Below are positions 34,046-47,200 of a stretch of DNA of 64,000 nt, piece by piece. Below the pieces are notes generated by a model. That model was given only the letters and a program-made list of their open reading frames with translations. It did no database searches and was not told the DNA's origin. A program made the position numbers and the translations under genes. The stretch covers positions 62,001-126,000 of the forward strand of contig NIVC01001300.1 in the NCBI GenBank assembly GCA_002269645.1, written 5' to 3'. Source of the stretch: Macrostomum lignano. Taxonomy: Eukaryota. Numbering within the stretch: the stretch's first letter is position 1; each line of letters starts with the position of its first letter.

Positions 34046-37000
34046 ATGCGATTGTCCAAACTTCGGCCATTGCTGGCCAGCTGGCCAATGGAATTGAAAA
34101 TTATTTTTGGCGTAGTTGTCTTCAACGAGCTAATTATATACTATTACTATTCCTGGGCTTGGTGGTGGAAAATTTACAGCATTTGGTGAGTGTTTTTCGA
34201 TTCAAAATAATATTAATGATGGCTTCAGCTGTGTTTAAGCTCGTATAAATTGAACTACCGATATGTAACATTAAGCAACATTTTCTTATTGAGATGCTAG
34301 GGTCGCACTTTATCTTTATGTCAATCTACCTCATATGCGCTATTATTATTAAGCTACTGTTCATTGAGTAGTATAGAATTTTGCAAATTTATTGTATCTA
34401 TGACATTTCATTGTATTTTTGTATATTCCTTACCTAGCCCACCTTAATTGCCTTTCCTTATCTAGCTCACCTTAATTGCCCTTTTGTAATTTTTACTTTT
34501 AATTTCTCTACTTGCTACTAATAAGAACAATTAAAAGTGGAAATGTGTGTATATCGCTAGTAATAAATATTTGATTTAAATCTTCAGCGGCTCACCTGAG
34601 GGAGACGTCACCTTTCTAATTGCGTCAGATCCGCAAATTCAGGGCTACCGGGACGAGAGCCAGGCGCTCGGCTGGATGACCAGATGGGACGCGGACATGT
34701 AAGCTGGTGGAGGCTTTGATCCCTCAGCTCAGGTCCATAAATATAGCAGAGTTTATTAATCCATGGCCCGCCACAGGTTCCTCTTCAAAAGCTACTCCGC
34801 CGCACTGAGCGCCACCAAGCCTTCCACTGTGCTGTTTCCCGGCGACCTCATCGACGAGGGCCTGTCCGCGCCGCCGGCTGCCCTGTCCGACTACATGGCC
34901 AGATTCCGCGGCCTGTTCCTCTGGCCGAAGCGCCGCTGGCTCATCTTGGCCGGCGACAATGACGTTGGCGGCGAGGCCGAGCCGGTCAACTCCGGCCGGG
35001 TGGCCGACTACGAGAGACAGTTCGGCCGGCTGGAGGGCTCGGCCAAGGCCGGCCAGTCCATGCGGCTGCTGTGGCTGCGCTTCTACGCTGATGCGTTTCG
35101 CTGTCAGCGGGAGATCGAACGCCACGTTGCGTCCACCTACGCTCACCTGGCGCCTAGTAAGCCGCCTGGGAGAAATTCATTTGGGCATGGGAAGATCTCT
35201 AAAAGTTAGATAGAAATATTCGCAGGGATGGTTGTGGTGTCATCGGTGACATTGTCCTACAACGTTCACAAACACTAGAATAACTAGACTAGGACTAGAC
35301 TAGACTAGATGGGCCACTCAGCACATTGGCGTGTTAGCTACTTTCAGTTCAGTAGTAAGTTGAACAGAAGCATTCTAATGCACTTTTAAAGCCGAGGCTC
35401 ATTTATTGGCTCTTACCCCCCCCCAGCTTAAACCCTCCAACCGCGCCTTTCCAAACTACCCACCTCCCTCCGCCCCACCCCAATTTTTATTGCCTTTCTC
35501 GGAATTCCAGCCTAAAGCTGCCACGTACATTTTAGTGGACTGGCTAATGTACATTATTGCTGAACCAATTAGCAAGCTGTTTACGCCTGTAAGCTTGCTG
35601 GGCTTCTAAACTTATCAAAGTCATTTCAGCTGCCTTTATTTTTATAAAATAGCTTATGTATTCTTTGCTACTGAACTGAAAGTAGAAAGCTGTTTTACTA
35701 AGTAATATATGCCTGAGTGGCCAATATATTGTAGTTGTTTTAGTATGTGTGCCAACAACCATGTACCCGTTCCGCTCACTCCTGAGCACTCTTACACACG
35801 CTCACACAGAGTGTACAGCGACCTTTGACTTTCTAATCGTCAGGCATGTACAATCACTGTCCCTTGGGGGGGGGGTGGCCCTCATGGGTGCATGAAAAGC
35901 AGGACAGCCAACCGACCACCAATATTGAAGCAAACGCGGAGTATTTTAAGCTACTTACTAAGTAGTATAAATCGGCAATATTGCAGACACGCCGGAGACC
36001 GGGTCGGCCGGATTTCGCATCCTAGCCAATCACGCCAATTTGCTTACCCAACGGCCAACCCAGTTTAGACCCCTGTTGCGCCTGCTCCGGCCTCACCTGG
36101 TCATCACCGGTCACAGGCATCGGGCATTCGCTCTGCGCTGCGACGGCTGCTGGTCACCCGCCGGCGCCGAGACTGTGGCGCCCTATCCTGATAAGCGCGG
36201 TGGACCCTACGCTACTGAGCCGCTCGATTCGGCAAAGTTTACCCTCACTGATGGCATAGTGTATGAGATCGGCTCGCCCACCTGCTCCTACCGGATGGGC
36301 ACTCTGGAGGTGGCCTACGGTTACCTGGCCGTGCGGGAGAGCGACGGCCGCGTCTGCTATGTTAGCCTCTGGCTGGTGTCCAGGTATGCACTGTGAGACA
36401 CCTGTGTGTTAGCCTCTGGCTGGTGTCCAGGGATGCACTGTGAGACACCTGTGTGTTAGCCTCTGTCTCATGTCCAGGTATGCACTGTGAGACACCTGTG
36501 TGTTAGCCTCTGGCTGGTGTCCAGGTATGCACTGTGAGACACCTGTGTGTTAGCCTCTGGCTGGTGTCCAGGTATGCACTGTGAGACACTGTGACCCCTG
36601 GAACTGTTACAAACCCTATGCTCAGCCACACCTGGGACTGGGACACACCCTATGCTCAGTCACACCTGGAACTGGGACACAACCTATGCTCAGTCACACC
36701 TGGAACTGGGACACACCCTGAGCTCAGTCACACCTGGAACTGTTACAAACCCTATGCTCAGCCACACCTGGGACTGGGACACACCCTATGCTCAGTCACA
36801 CCTGGAACTGGGACACAACCTATGCTCAGTCACACCTGGAACTGGGACACACCCTGAGCTCAGTCACACCTGGAACTGGGACACACCCTGAGCTCAGCCA
36901 CACCTGGAACTGGGACACACCCTGAGCTCAGTCACACCTGGAACTGTTACACACCCTATGCTCAGTCACACCTGGAACTGGGACACACCCTATGCTCAGC

Positions 37001-37484
37001 CATATCTGGAACTGAGACACACCCTATGCTCAGCCATATCTGGAACTGGGACACACCCTATGCTCAGCCACACCTGGAACTGTTACACACCCTATGCTCA
37101 GCCACACCTGGAACTGGGACACACCCTATGCTCAGCCACACCTGGAACTGGGACACACCCTATGCTCAGCCACACCTGGAACTGAGACACACCCTATGCT
37201 CAGCCACACCTGGAACTGGGACACACCCTATGCTCAGCCACACCTGGAACTGGGACACACCCTAAGGACTAGCTATAATGTTATCCTCCATTGCCCAATC
37301 TATGAAGTCACCGTAAGGCCATCCGCACTGCCGCAGGTTCTACTGGCTCGGCCTGTACGTTCTGTGCCTGCTGCTCTGCGCGGGCTACTGGCTATTCCGT
37401 AGAATTCGAGCCTTTGGCGAAACCGAACGCAGCCGATTGATTGCTCGTCGACGCTCGAAATCGGTTCATTTCGGCGTTGCTTAG
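34046..37484 (+). CDS. MPPE1/Cdc1-like metallophosphoesterase; exons 34046-34185, 34588-34698, 34777-~35100 (donor unclear), 36064-36383, 37337-37484; the middle may be incomplete
   Basis: Calcineurin-like motifs SDPQIQG, GDLIDEG, AGDNDVGG, TGHRH and PTCSYRMG are present, with N- and C-terminal hydrophobic segments. Phases are consistent except at the end of exon 3. Confidence 0.72.
36361..36590 (+). repeat. 47-bp tandem repeat x5 duplicating an exon end and its donor (CCAG|GTATGC)
   Basis: The unit gttagcctctggctggtgtccaggtatgcactgtgagacacctgtgt starts inside the exon at 36361. Confidence 0.93.
36590..37262. repeat. 34-bp minisatellite CTATGCTCAGCCACACCTGGAACTGGGACACACC (~19 copies)
   Basis: Direct periodicity. 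Confidence 0.95.
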
Positions 37485-40448
37485 AACGCTTAGAGATTAA
37501 CAAAAACAAGCAGCAGGTGCGCGCCCCACCTGTAACTAATTTTAAACATGTTTTAAAGTACATTGGGTCCAGCTTTTAACTTTTATTCCGGCGCTGCCTT
37601 CCCCATTGACTTACTTACTTTATTTATATATTTTACAACCCACTTGTTTGTCTTTCATGCACGCTCAATTTCAAACTGCTATGACTTGCTTTTTTCTCTG
37701 ATTTGTACATGTACGAGCGATACAGTATATGTAACATTTTATTGTCGTTTAATTTTATGCTACTGACAATTGCTTCTGAGCGGAAGTAGACATGGTGAAA
37801 TATTATATCAATATATACATATATACGAACGCTATATAAAAGTGCTTTTCGGGCTTTTACTCCTTGTCTATTTAAATTGAATTTAAGCCAGCCGTGTATT
37901 CGCAATTCCGATTGCAAGATTGCAATACCGTGCTAACTAACTCATAAACTCTCCGCTCAAGGACTTCTACTTTAAGCTTGCGTGTCTGACGCAACACAAA
38001 AGACCCATCTGAGCTGTTGGCCGCAGCTCTCCCTCTAGCTCCCTCCCGTTCTCCCTCTCCCGTCCCGTTGTCTTTTTGGCTGCCTGCGCTCCCCCTTTTT
38101 TGTTCCTCCTTTCCGGTTCGTTTGCGTTCCCAGTGTCTGGGACTCTCCGCTCAGCCTGTTCTTGATTCATTGTCTACTGGTAGACCCACAGATACTAGAA
38201 CAACTAGTTGTTCTAGTATCTGTGATTCCAACAAAGTTCCCGCGCGGGGACGCGAGCGTACAGAGCGTGGAACACTCGATGGAGCATCGGCTGGACAACT
38301 CCAAGCAAGGGAAAATAATTTATTGATCAGCGCACGGACTGACCAAAATAAAGATTTAGTCATCGACTGTTAAAAAAACTACTCAACTCAGTGGCATCCC
38401 GCCTGCCACAAATAAAAAAGGTAATTCATTCTTGTTGTCAACAGCTTTACGGAAAACATTAACAAAACTAGACTTACCTTTCGATTTTATAACTTTTTCA
38501 TGATAGAAGCAGGAGAGTTTTTAAGTTTTATCACAATACATTTAAAACTGAAGACTTTTGTACCAGAAAAAATGTATCTAAGGTAGCACAACAGTTTAAC
38601 TTTCAAATATAGAATCTAATTTTTTAAAAATAATACGATACGTCGATACGGTACCGGTATAATTGATCTTCGACTTCAATGACAATAAATATGACAGGAA
38701 CTAAATTTGCTTCACCCGAAGTGTTACAAAAGATTACTATGTGTTCAATATTAGCAAGCTGCTAGGCTCAAACCGTGCCAAAACAAAAGCCAATTGTTAC
38801 AGGGCTGTTTATTATTAAGAAAATCCCACCGCTGTTACCAAAATCTGTTATAGGGTTAACTTTTGCCTGTGGTTTAATCACAACGCTGCTACCAAATCTG
38901 TTGCAGGGGTCTTGGGGGAGGGAAGTTTCCTATTGCTGACACCAAATTTGTTGTAGGGTAAGTTATGGGATTCTTGGGGATTTCTGATAGATGTGCTAGT
39001 TTTATTACTAATAGGAGTAAGCCAATGGTTGCTCCTGGTGGCGTGAGTGTCCGAGCGGCAAGACACTGTCTAAATTAAACTTAACTAGTCCGAGGGAATA
39101 AAGATGGGAGAGGGGAATTAAGGGCTTCGCGATGGATCAGAGTTGCCTGGGAAAGCACACTAATGGGAACTTCTAAATACTAATAGGGAATGCTGACAGC
39201 ATTAGATAAGAAGGCAATCTGCCTAATGAATGTGGGAAATTTCTACTAGGAAGGGTCGGGAGCGGGGATGCTTGGGGGAGGATCAGACTGTAAGTCCGAG
39301 GGAATAAGGCTGTACACCTGTGCAGACAGAATGTCCACAAAGAGGGGAGAGGATTGAGGGGCGGGGCGTATATTCTCTGGGAAAGAGGAGGAAAGGGGAG
39401 CGGCTTGGGGTAGGACTGCACGTCCTGGGGAGAGTGGGGAAAGGAGGCCTGTACGCTTCTGGCTGTACGAAGCTCCGTGGGAGAGGGAAGGCGGAGCGCC
39501 TTTAAATGACTAAGACCAATTCAGATCTATTTTTGGAACAATTACAACCGCTGGGGCCAAGACCGGAGTCTAAAATTGGCAGGCGGAGGAAACCAATGAG
39601 CGCAAGTTCTCCTTCGTTTATTTTTCTCTCTCTCTTTTATAGTATTACAGGCAAAAATGGCGTACGTATTAAAACTAATTAAACATACAGAATTAGGCTA
39701 AAAGCTACTATTGATGCTATTTTACTACTTAACAATACTAAAAACATATATTTATTAGGCACAGAATTCTTCAATCGAATATAAAAAATAGTCGTATTAT
39801 ACGTGAAATCAGTAGACAAAATAGACAAAAATAGGCAAAGTAGGCAAAATAATAGGCAACTGTTGCACAATAAAACAGAGACCATGAGTGATGAGTCCAT
39901 GACTTCATGAGAGTTACTTAACTTTAGGCCTGCAACTACCACATTAATGGACTGCCACATCGCTAACTTGCAGGCGGTGGAGCTTACCCCTCAGACTGCT
40001 GCTGATATTGGCACGCAAGGAGCCTTACCTGTGCTGTGCATCTTAGTATTATATTAGGCTATTGGCTAACCTGATATCAATTTGGCTTGAGTGGCTCTCC
40101 AATGCATTATCACCGGCTTAATCACTTAAATTCTACAATCCCAAAATGAGCTACTGATTTAAAGTGCTATGATTACAGACGAAGAAGTATGGATGCTAGT
40201 ACTAAAATGTAAAAAAATCATTTCCACCGTTTTTTTTATTTATGTTCGAATAAATAAAAATTTTTACTTTTTCGATACTACTTTTCTAATCCGTGTATTT
40301 TCATCGCTTAAACCTAATAATCCTCTAATCTTAATAATAATCCTCATTACCATAATTTAACGTTGTTCACTCAAATTCTAATTTCTGCTTTTCTGCATGT
40401 TCTGCTTTTTTTACACCCACAATATTTGCATCAAGAAAATATTTTGTC

Positions 40449-40512
40449 TAGCAAGATTCGAACCTCAAACCTTCCAATTTCAAGTCAGGCGCACTGGCCA
40501 CTCGACCAATTT
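40449..40512 (-). mobile_element. tRNA-like Pol III promoter remnant (SINE head or tRNA pseudogene)
   Basis: The minus strand reads TGGTCGAGTGG (A box) ...GACTTGAAAT... GAGGTTCGAATC (B box), with no intact acceptor stem. Confidence 0.5.
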
Positions 40513-40974
40513 TTAGCGGTGTCTATTTTTAGCACTCAGAGAATTCCCAGACTTCTCATTCCCGTCCGCGGGTGCACTCGACCAGCCCACCCCAGCCCAC
40601 ACGGACCAATAGCAGCGTTCTTTGGCATATCTAGCGTACTATCACTGTGCGCACTGTGTGGACTCTCAAGGACTAGCCTGTGTGGGTCCACACGTGGACT
40701 CACTAGCTCACTAGCCACGTATTTTTTTGTTTAGTGGATTGTATGGCTAGCCCATGCCCCCCCCCCAGGCAGAGTGGCAAAAGAAGGTTGTTGGGGGTTA
40801 AAAAAGCAGTTTTGTTAAAATGTGAAAATTAAAAATTAAAATAGCCTATAGCTGACCTCGGATAGTTTCCAATCTTCCAATATAAGTTTCAACGCTGAGT
40901 TGCCACTATTCAAGTTGTCGAAATGACAAACAGACACACAGACAAACAAAACAACACGTCAACTTTAGTATATA

Positions 40975-41266
<292 letters not shown>

Positions 41267-42051
41267 TATCTTATTCTGTCCTTATATATTAGCTTAAAAA
41301 ACATTTTATGTCTGGTTGCGCATAGTATTTCATATTTTAACTGTTTCGGTCGCTTAAGGTTTACTGTTTGTGCAGTATTAGCTACTAACAGTAGTGAGCT
41401 GGATTTTAGAAAAGTGCGTTTGCCAAATTATATTAAGAGTGAATGCGTTTTTGAGTTTCTTTGCTGATATTACAGAAAAATGAGGCAAATGCTGAGTTGC
41501 AAACTATGTAGGCTTCAATATATAAAAACAAGATTGAGTGCCTCTACTGTGCTCACTACTGCTAGTAGTATGTACGAGCTCTCACAGAAAGGTTGGTAGA
41601 AGGTTGTTTAATGGTGGGTTATCAACGTTGGCCTACAACGCTGAAAAAAAACCGTACAAAGCGGGTCAAAGTTGATGTAATTTAAATGTTAAAGAAACAC
41701 CTAATTTCTCTAACGTGTCCCAGAGGCTTTCCACCATTCATTATAATCGAAAGTATATTTAGTGTGTAAAAATTGTTTTTTTCGAAGTACTATACGATTA
41801 GTTGAAATGCCGCTATTGAGGGTAGGAGCATAAAAATCGATATTTGTGCGTACAATCAAGCAGTTTGGATAAAATAAATGACAAAGTGAATAAATATTGT
41901 ACTTCAATAGGGTAAAATGAGCGCATTGGTTAAAATGATTCAATGGTTTCCTGGCTGAGACTTAAACTTATTGGGAGCCAGCAGCTAGGCTTTGTAAATT
42001 ACGTTGCCGTGTAAATGCGGGCAGTATGCGGGAGCCTGGTTTATTTTGTAG

Positions 42052-42830
42052 TTAATCAAAGTTTTTAGCAATCTCCTTGGCGAGCCAGACTGTAGATGGG
42101 TGAAAAGGAATTGGACCAATGGGATGGGTCGGAGAAGGTGATTTGTCAACCCTGATGTTCGTACCTGGCGGTTTGTCAGTCCCCAGTTTTTTAATCCAGA
42201 TTTCTTCCCTTAGTTCGATTTTGTTGTTATTAAGAACCTGTTCAATGGCAATGGTGACAAAGTTTGCAATCGAGTGATTGAGAGTGAGAAAGTGCTCTGA
42301 CCCCAAAGTAACGATTCTCCTGTTAATATTTGACCTGTGCTGGTTCATTCTATCTCTCATTGTTCTTCTAGTCATCCCTACATAGAGGATTCTCCCAGGG
42401 TGGCACTGGTTACAGGAGATGCCATAGATGATGCTCTTGGAGCCACAGGACAGGCTCTGAGGGATTAAAATACCGGAAGCCGGTCCCAGTCCCTGGGCGG
42501 AGAGACCATGCGGTGATCGTGGGTGCAGCATTTGCAGCGGGATGACCCACAGGGATGGAACCCTTTGGGAAGCAGACCCAGATTGGTCGTTGGTTCCACA
42601 GTCCAGTTCATAAGTTTGAGGACCTCCTTTTTGCAGTTTCTAAAAAAAATCTTCGAGTAGCCTAATTGCTTGAGTTCCGATTTTAAAGAATTGAAAGCAT
42701 CGTTGAAAGACTTGTAGTCATCACAGATACGGGCGTACCGAAGGATTTGGGATTTTACTACCCCCTTGAAGGTGTGTGACGGATGGAAGAACTGTCGGTG
42801 TGTAGAGATCTCCAAGCCTAGTTGGGTACT
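42052..42830 (-). mobile_element. Penelope-like retroelement 3' fragment (RT thumb, Cys-rich linker, GIY-YIG endonuclease) with one frameshift
   Basis: HPSHTFKGVVKSQILRYARIC is the PLE thumb motif and PCGSSRCKCC the linker. After a frameshift near 42520 comes LSCGSKSIIYGISCNQC...YVGMTRRTMRDRMNQHR...EHF...REEIWIKKL..PPGTN. Confidence 0.87.
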
Positions 42831-43536
42831 AAAAGTAGCAAGATAAAAACATGAATACCATTTAAAACTAACATGCGTCATACTCTATTTTCAGTAATGC
42901 ATGCAATATCACGTAAACAGCGAGTGATTGTTACATAGTCCAAAAACCGGTTTTCAACCTATATTTCCAAATATGGTAAATGTCAATTTAAATGCGATCT
43001 AGGCTTCACCCCTTTCTATGTAAAACCCCACCGGTCAAGAGACAAAGGCCATCTTTTGATTCTTATCAATAAAACCAGTTTGAAGCTCAAGGTCGAATGA
43101 AATCGTGTATAAATACAAGCGAAAATCCGAGCTGAAACCTCAGACTTGGAGCAGCCTTAAGAGATCTTAGGCTTAGCCAGAACTACTAAGCAAGGCTATA
43201 TCTCTGAGAGAGACAAATACCAATTGGTAAGCCTTTGTTAGAGTCTTTGTTATTTGAGTCTTTGTTATTCGATTATTGAGAGCTGTGTCATTGCCGGTCG
43301 TTACTGATCAGTCGATTTATTGAGTTATTGAATTTGAGGCCTCTCTATTCCGAAGGGATTGGATAGGATCTGCGGACCGATTCCGATACTCTTAGTCGAT
43401 TACTGATTGATTGATTTTGGTACCCTAGAGTAACCGATAGGAGCACACGACTCCGATTCCATTATTTCTAGAAGAAGACGCCCTTTCGGAGGACCTCGTT
43501 ATTGTTATAGAGTTGACTTTGTTATTAGGGCGCATC

Positions 43537-43640
43537 TCTGCACTCGAGGAATATATTGATTTCTGCACTCGAGGAATATATCGATTTCTGCACTCGAGGA
43601 ATATATCGATTTCTGCACTCGAGGAATATATCGATTTCTG
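43537..43640. repeat. 25-bp repeat x4 TTCTGCACTCGAGGAATATATCGAT
   Basis: Copies at 43561, 43586 and 43611, plus an upstream variant. Confidence 0.92.
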
Positions 43641-44035
43641 CACTCGAGGAATATATCGATGTCGATGGACTAAGTTATTAAGCTCTCATATTCGGCCGAT
43701 TCTAGAAGACTACTCCGGAGGAAAAGGATTTGAAGAGACGAGCTCGGAAAACCTGCGCGACAAAGAAGAGGAGCCCGCATCAGTAAGTGAACACTGAACT
43801 ATGTTCCCAGGCTTGAGGTCTGGAAGTGGGAGTTCGTGCGTTTAGACACTAGATTTAATTCTTTCTCTCTTCTCTTTCTCTCTCTCTTTCCCTCTCTCTA
43901 GTGTGCTAAAACGATCTCTTCAGGTGCAACAATCTATGAGTGTCTGTTTCTTTCGAAAACAGTTGTGTTGTGAAGCTGTTTTCAGCTTTACTTGATGGTC
44001 ATGTCAAGGAAACTGACCTCAGTTGATGAGGAGCT

Positions 44036-44039
<4 letters not shown>

Positions 44040-44098
<59 letters not shown>

Positions 44099-44113
44099 AA
44101 TGGAGCCAATCAG
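44040..44113 (+). promoter_or_regulatory. (GA)n tract followed by tandem CCAAT boxes upstream of SLC5 copy 2
   Basis: (GA)~28 is followed by GCCAATGGAGCCAATCAGAG, ~110 nt before ATG 44222. Confidence 0.5.
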
Positions 44114-44221
44114 AGCGTACCTATACTATATCTGCAGCACCACAACTCTTTTCTATTTAAACAAAATCGGTTCTTATTCGACACAACAACATTTTCCAAA
44201 AATTTCCTCCATCCCGCCATC

Positions 44222-47200
44222 ATGCACCCCATAGACTACGTCCTTATCGCCTTGATCTGTCTGTCATCTGTTGCTATTGGGGTGTACACCTCGTGCACTG
44301 GCGGCCGGCAACAAACCACTAAGGAGTACCTTCTTGGCAACCGAAATCTGCAGTTGCTACCGGTGGCCATCTCAATTCTTGTGTCCTTTTGGTCCGCCAT
44401 TTCTCTGCTAGGTACGTTTGTGTCATGTAATGATTACAAGACTGACAGCTTGCTTTTGATGTACGTGGATGTCAGCTGAATCTTAGCTGAATCTCAACCG
44501 AATCTCAGCTGAATCTCAACTGGATCTCAACTGAATCTCAACTGAATCTCAGCTGAATCTCAACTGGATCTCAACTGAATCTCAACTGAATCTCAGCTGA
44601 ATCTCAACTGAATCTCATCTGAATCTCAACTGAATCTCATCTGAATCTCAACTGAATCTCAACTGAATCTCAACTGAATCTCAACTGAATCTCAACTGAA
44701 TCTCAAATGAATCTCAAATGAATCTCAAATGAATCTCAACTGAATCTCAACTGAATCTCAACTGAATCTCAACTGAATCTGAACTGAATCTTAACTGAAT
44801 CTCAACTGAATCTGAACTGAATCTTAACTGAATCTCAACTGAATCTTAATTGGAATCTCAGCTGAATCTCAGCTGAAACTTAACTGGATCTCAACTGAAT
44901 CTCAGCTGAATCTCAACTGAATCCCAGCTGAATCTCAACTGAATCTCATCTGAATCTCAACTGAATCTCATCTGAATCTCAACTGAATCTCAACTGAATC
45001 TCAACTGAATCTCAACTGAATCTCAACTGAATCTCAACTGAATCTCAAATGAATCTCAAATGAATCTCAACTGAATCTCAACTGAATCTCAGCTGAATCT
45101 CAAATGAATCTCAACTGAATCTCAACTGAATCTCAACTGAATCTGAACTGAATCTTAACTGAATCTCAACTGAATCTGAACTGAATCTTAACTGAATCTC
45201 AACTGAATCTTAATTGGAATCTCAGCTGAATCTCAGCTGAATCTTAACTGGATCTCAACTGAATCTCAGCTGAATCTCAACTGAATCCCAGCTGAATCTC
45301 AACTGAATCTCAACTGAATCTCAACTGAATCTCATCTGAATCTCAGCTGAATCTCAACTGAATCCCAGCTGAATCTCAACTGAATCTCAACTGAATCTCG
45401 ACTGAATCTTAGTTGAATCTCAGCTGAATCTTAATTGAATCTCAGCTGACTCTTAATTGAATCTTAACTGAATCTCAGCTGAATCTCAACTGAATCTCAA
45501 CTGAATCTCAACTGAATCTCAACTAAATCTGAACTGAATCTTAACTGAATCCCAACTGAATCTCAACTGAATCTGAACTGAATCTGAACTGAATCTCAAC
45601 CGAATCTGAACTGAATCTTAGCTGAATCTCAGCTGAATCTCAACTGAATCTTAACTGAATCTCAGCTGAATCTCAACTGAATCTGAACTAAATCTGAACT
45701 GAATCTGAACTGAATCCGAGCTGAATCTTAACTGAATCTCAACTGAATCTCAGCTGAATCTCAACTGAATCTCAACTGAATCTTAACTGAATCTTAATTG
45801 AATCTTAAGTGAATCTGAACTGAATCTGAACTGAATCTGAACTGAATCTCAACTGAATCTCAACTGAATCTTAACTGAATCTCAATTGAATCTTAAGTGA
45901 ATCTCAACTGAATCTCAACTGAATCTGAACTGAATCTCAGCTGAATCTCAACTGAATCATAGCTGGATCTTAACTAAATCTCAACTGAATCTTAATTGAA
46001 TCTCAGCTGAATCTCAATTGAATCTTAAGTGAATCATAGCTGAATCTCAACTGAATCTGAACTGAATCATAGCTGGATCTTAACTAAATCTCAGCTGAAT
46101 CTTAATTGAATCTCAGCTAAATCTCAGCTGAATCTCAACTGAATCATAGCTGGATCTTAACTAAATCTCAACTGAATCTTAATTGAATCTCAACTGAATC
46201 TCAACTGAATCTCAGCTGAATCTGAACTGAATCTCAACTGAATCTTAACTGAATCTCAACTGAATCTCAACTGAATCTGAACTGAATCTCAACCGAATCT
46301 CAACTGAATCTCAACTGAAACTCAACTGAATCTCAGCTGAATCTCAACTGAATCATAGCTGAATCTGAACTGAATCTGAACTGAATCTGAACTGAATCTC
46401 AACTGAATCTCAACTGAATCTTAACTGAATCTCAATTGAATCTTAAGTGAATCTCAACTGAATCTCAACTGAATCTGAACTGAATCTCAGCTGAATCTCA
46501 ACTGAATCATAGCTGGATCTTAACTAAATCTCAACTGAATCTTAATTGAATCTCAGCTGAATCTCAATTGAATCTTAAGTGAATCATAGCTGAATCTCAA
46601 CTGAATCTGAACTGAATCATAGCTGGATCTTAACTAAATCTCAACTGAATCTTAATTGAATCTCAACTGAATCTCAACTGAATCTCAGCTGAATCTGAAC
46701 TGAATCTCAACTGAATCTTAACTGAATCTCAACTGAATCTCAACTGAATCTGAACTGAATCTCAACCGAATCTCAACTGAATCTCAGCTGAATCTGAACT
46801 GAATCTCAGCTGAATCTTAATTGAATCTCAGCTAAATCTCAGCTGAATCTCAACTGAATCATAGCTGGATCTTAACTAAATCTCAGCTGAATCTGAACTG
46901 AATCTCAGCTGAATCTTAATTGAATCTCAGCTAAATCTCAGCTGAATCTGAACTGAATCTCAGCTGAATCTTAATTGAATCTCAGCTAAATCTCAGCTGG
47001 ATCTTAACTAAATCTCAACTGAATCTGAACTGAATCTCAGCTGAATCTCAACTGAATCTCAACTGAATCTTAACTGAATCTGAACTGAATCTGAACTGAA
47101 TCTCAACTGAATCTCAACTGAATCTCAACTGAATCTGAACTGAATCTCAACTGAATCTCAACTGAATCTGAACTAAATCTCAACTGAATCTCAACTGAAT

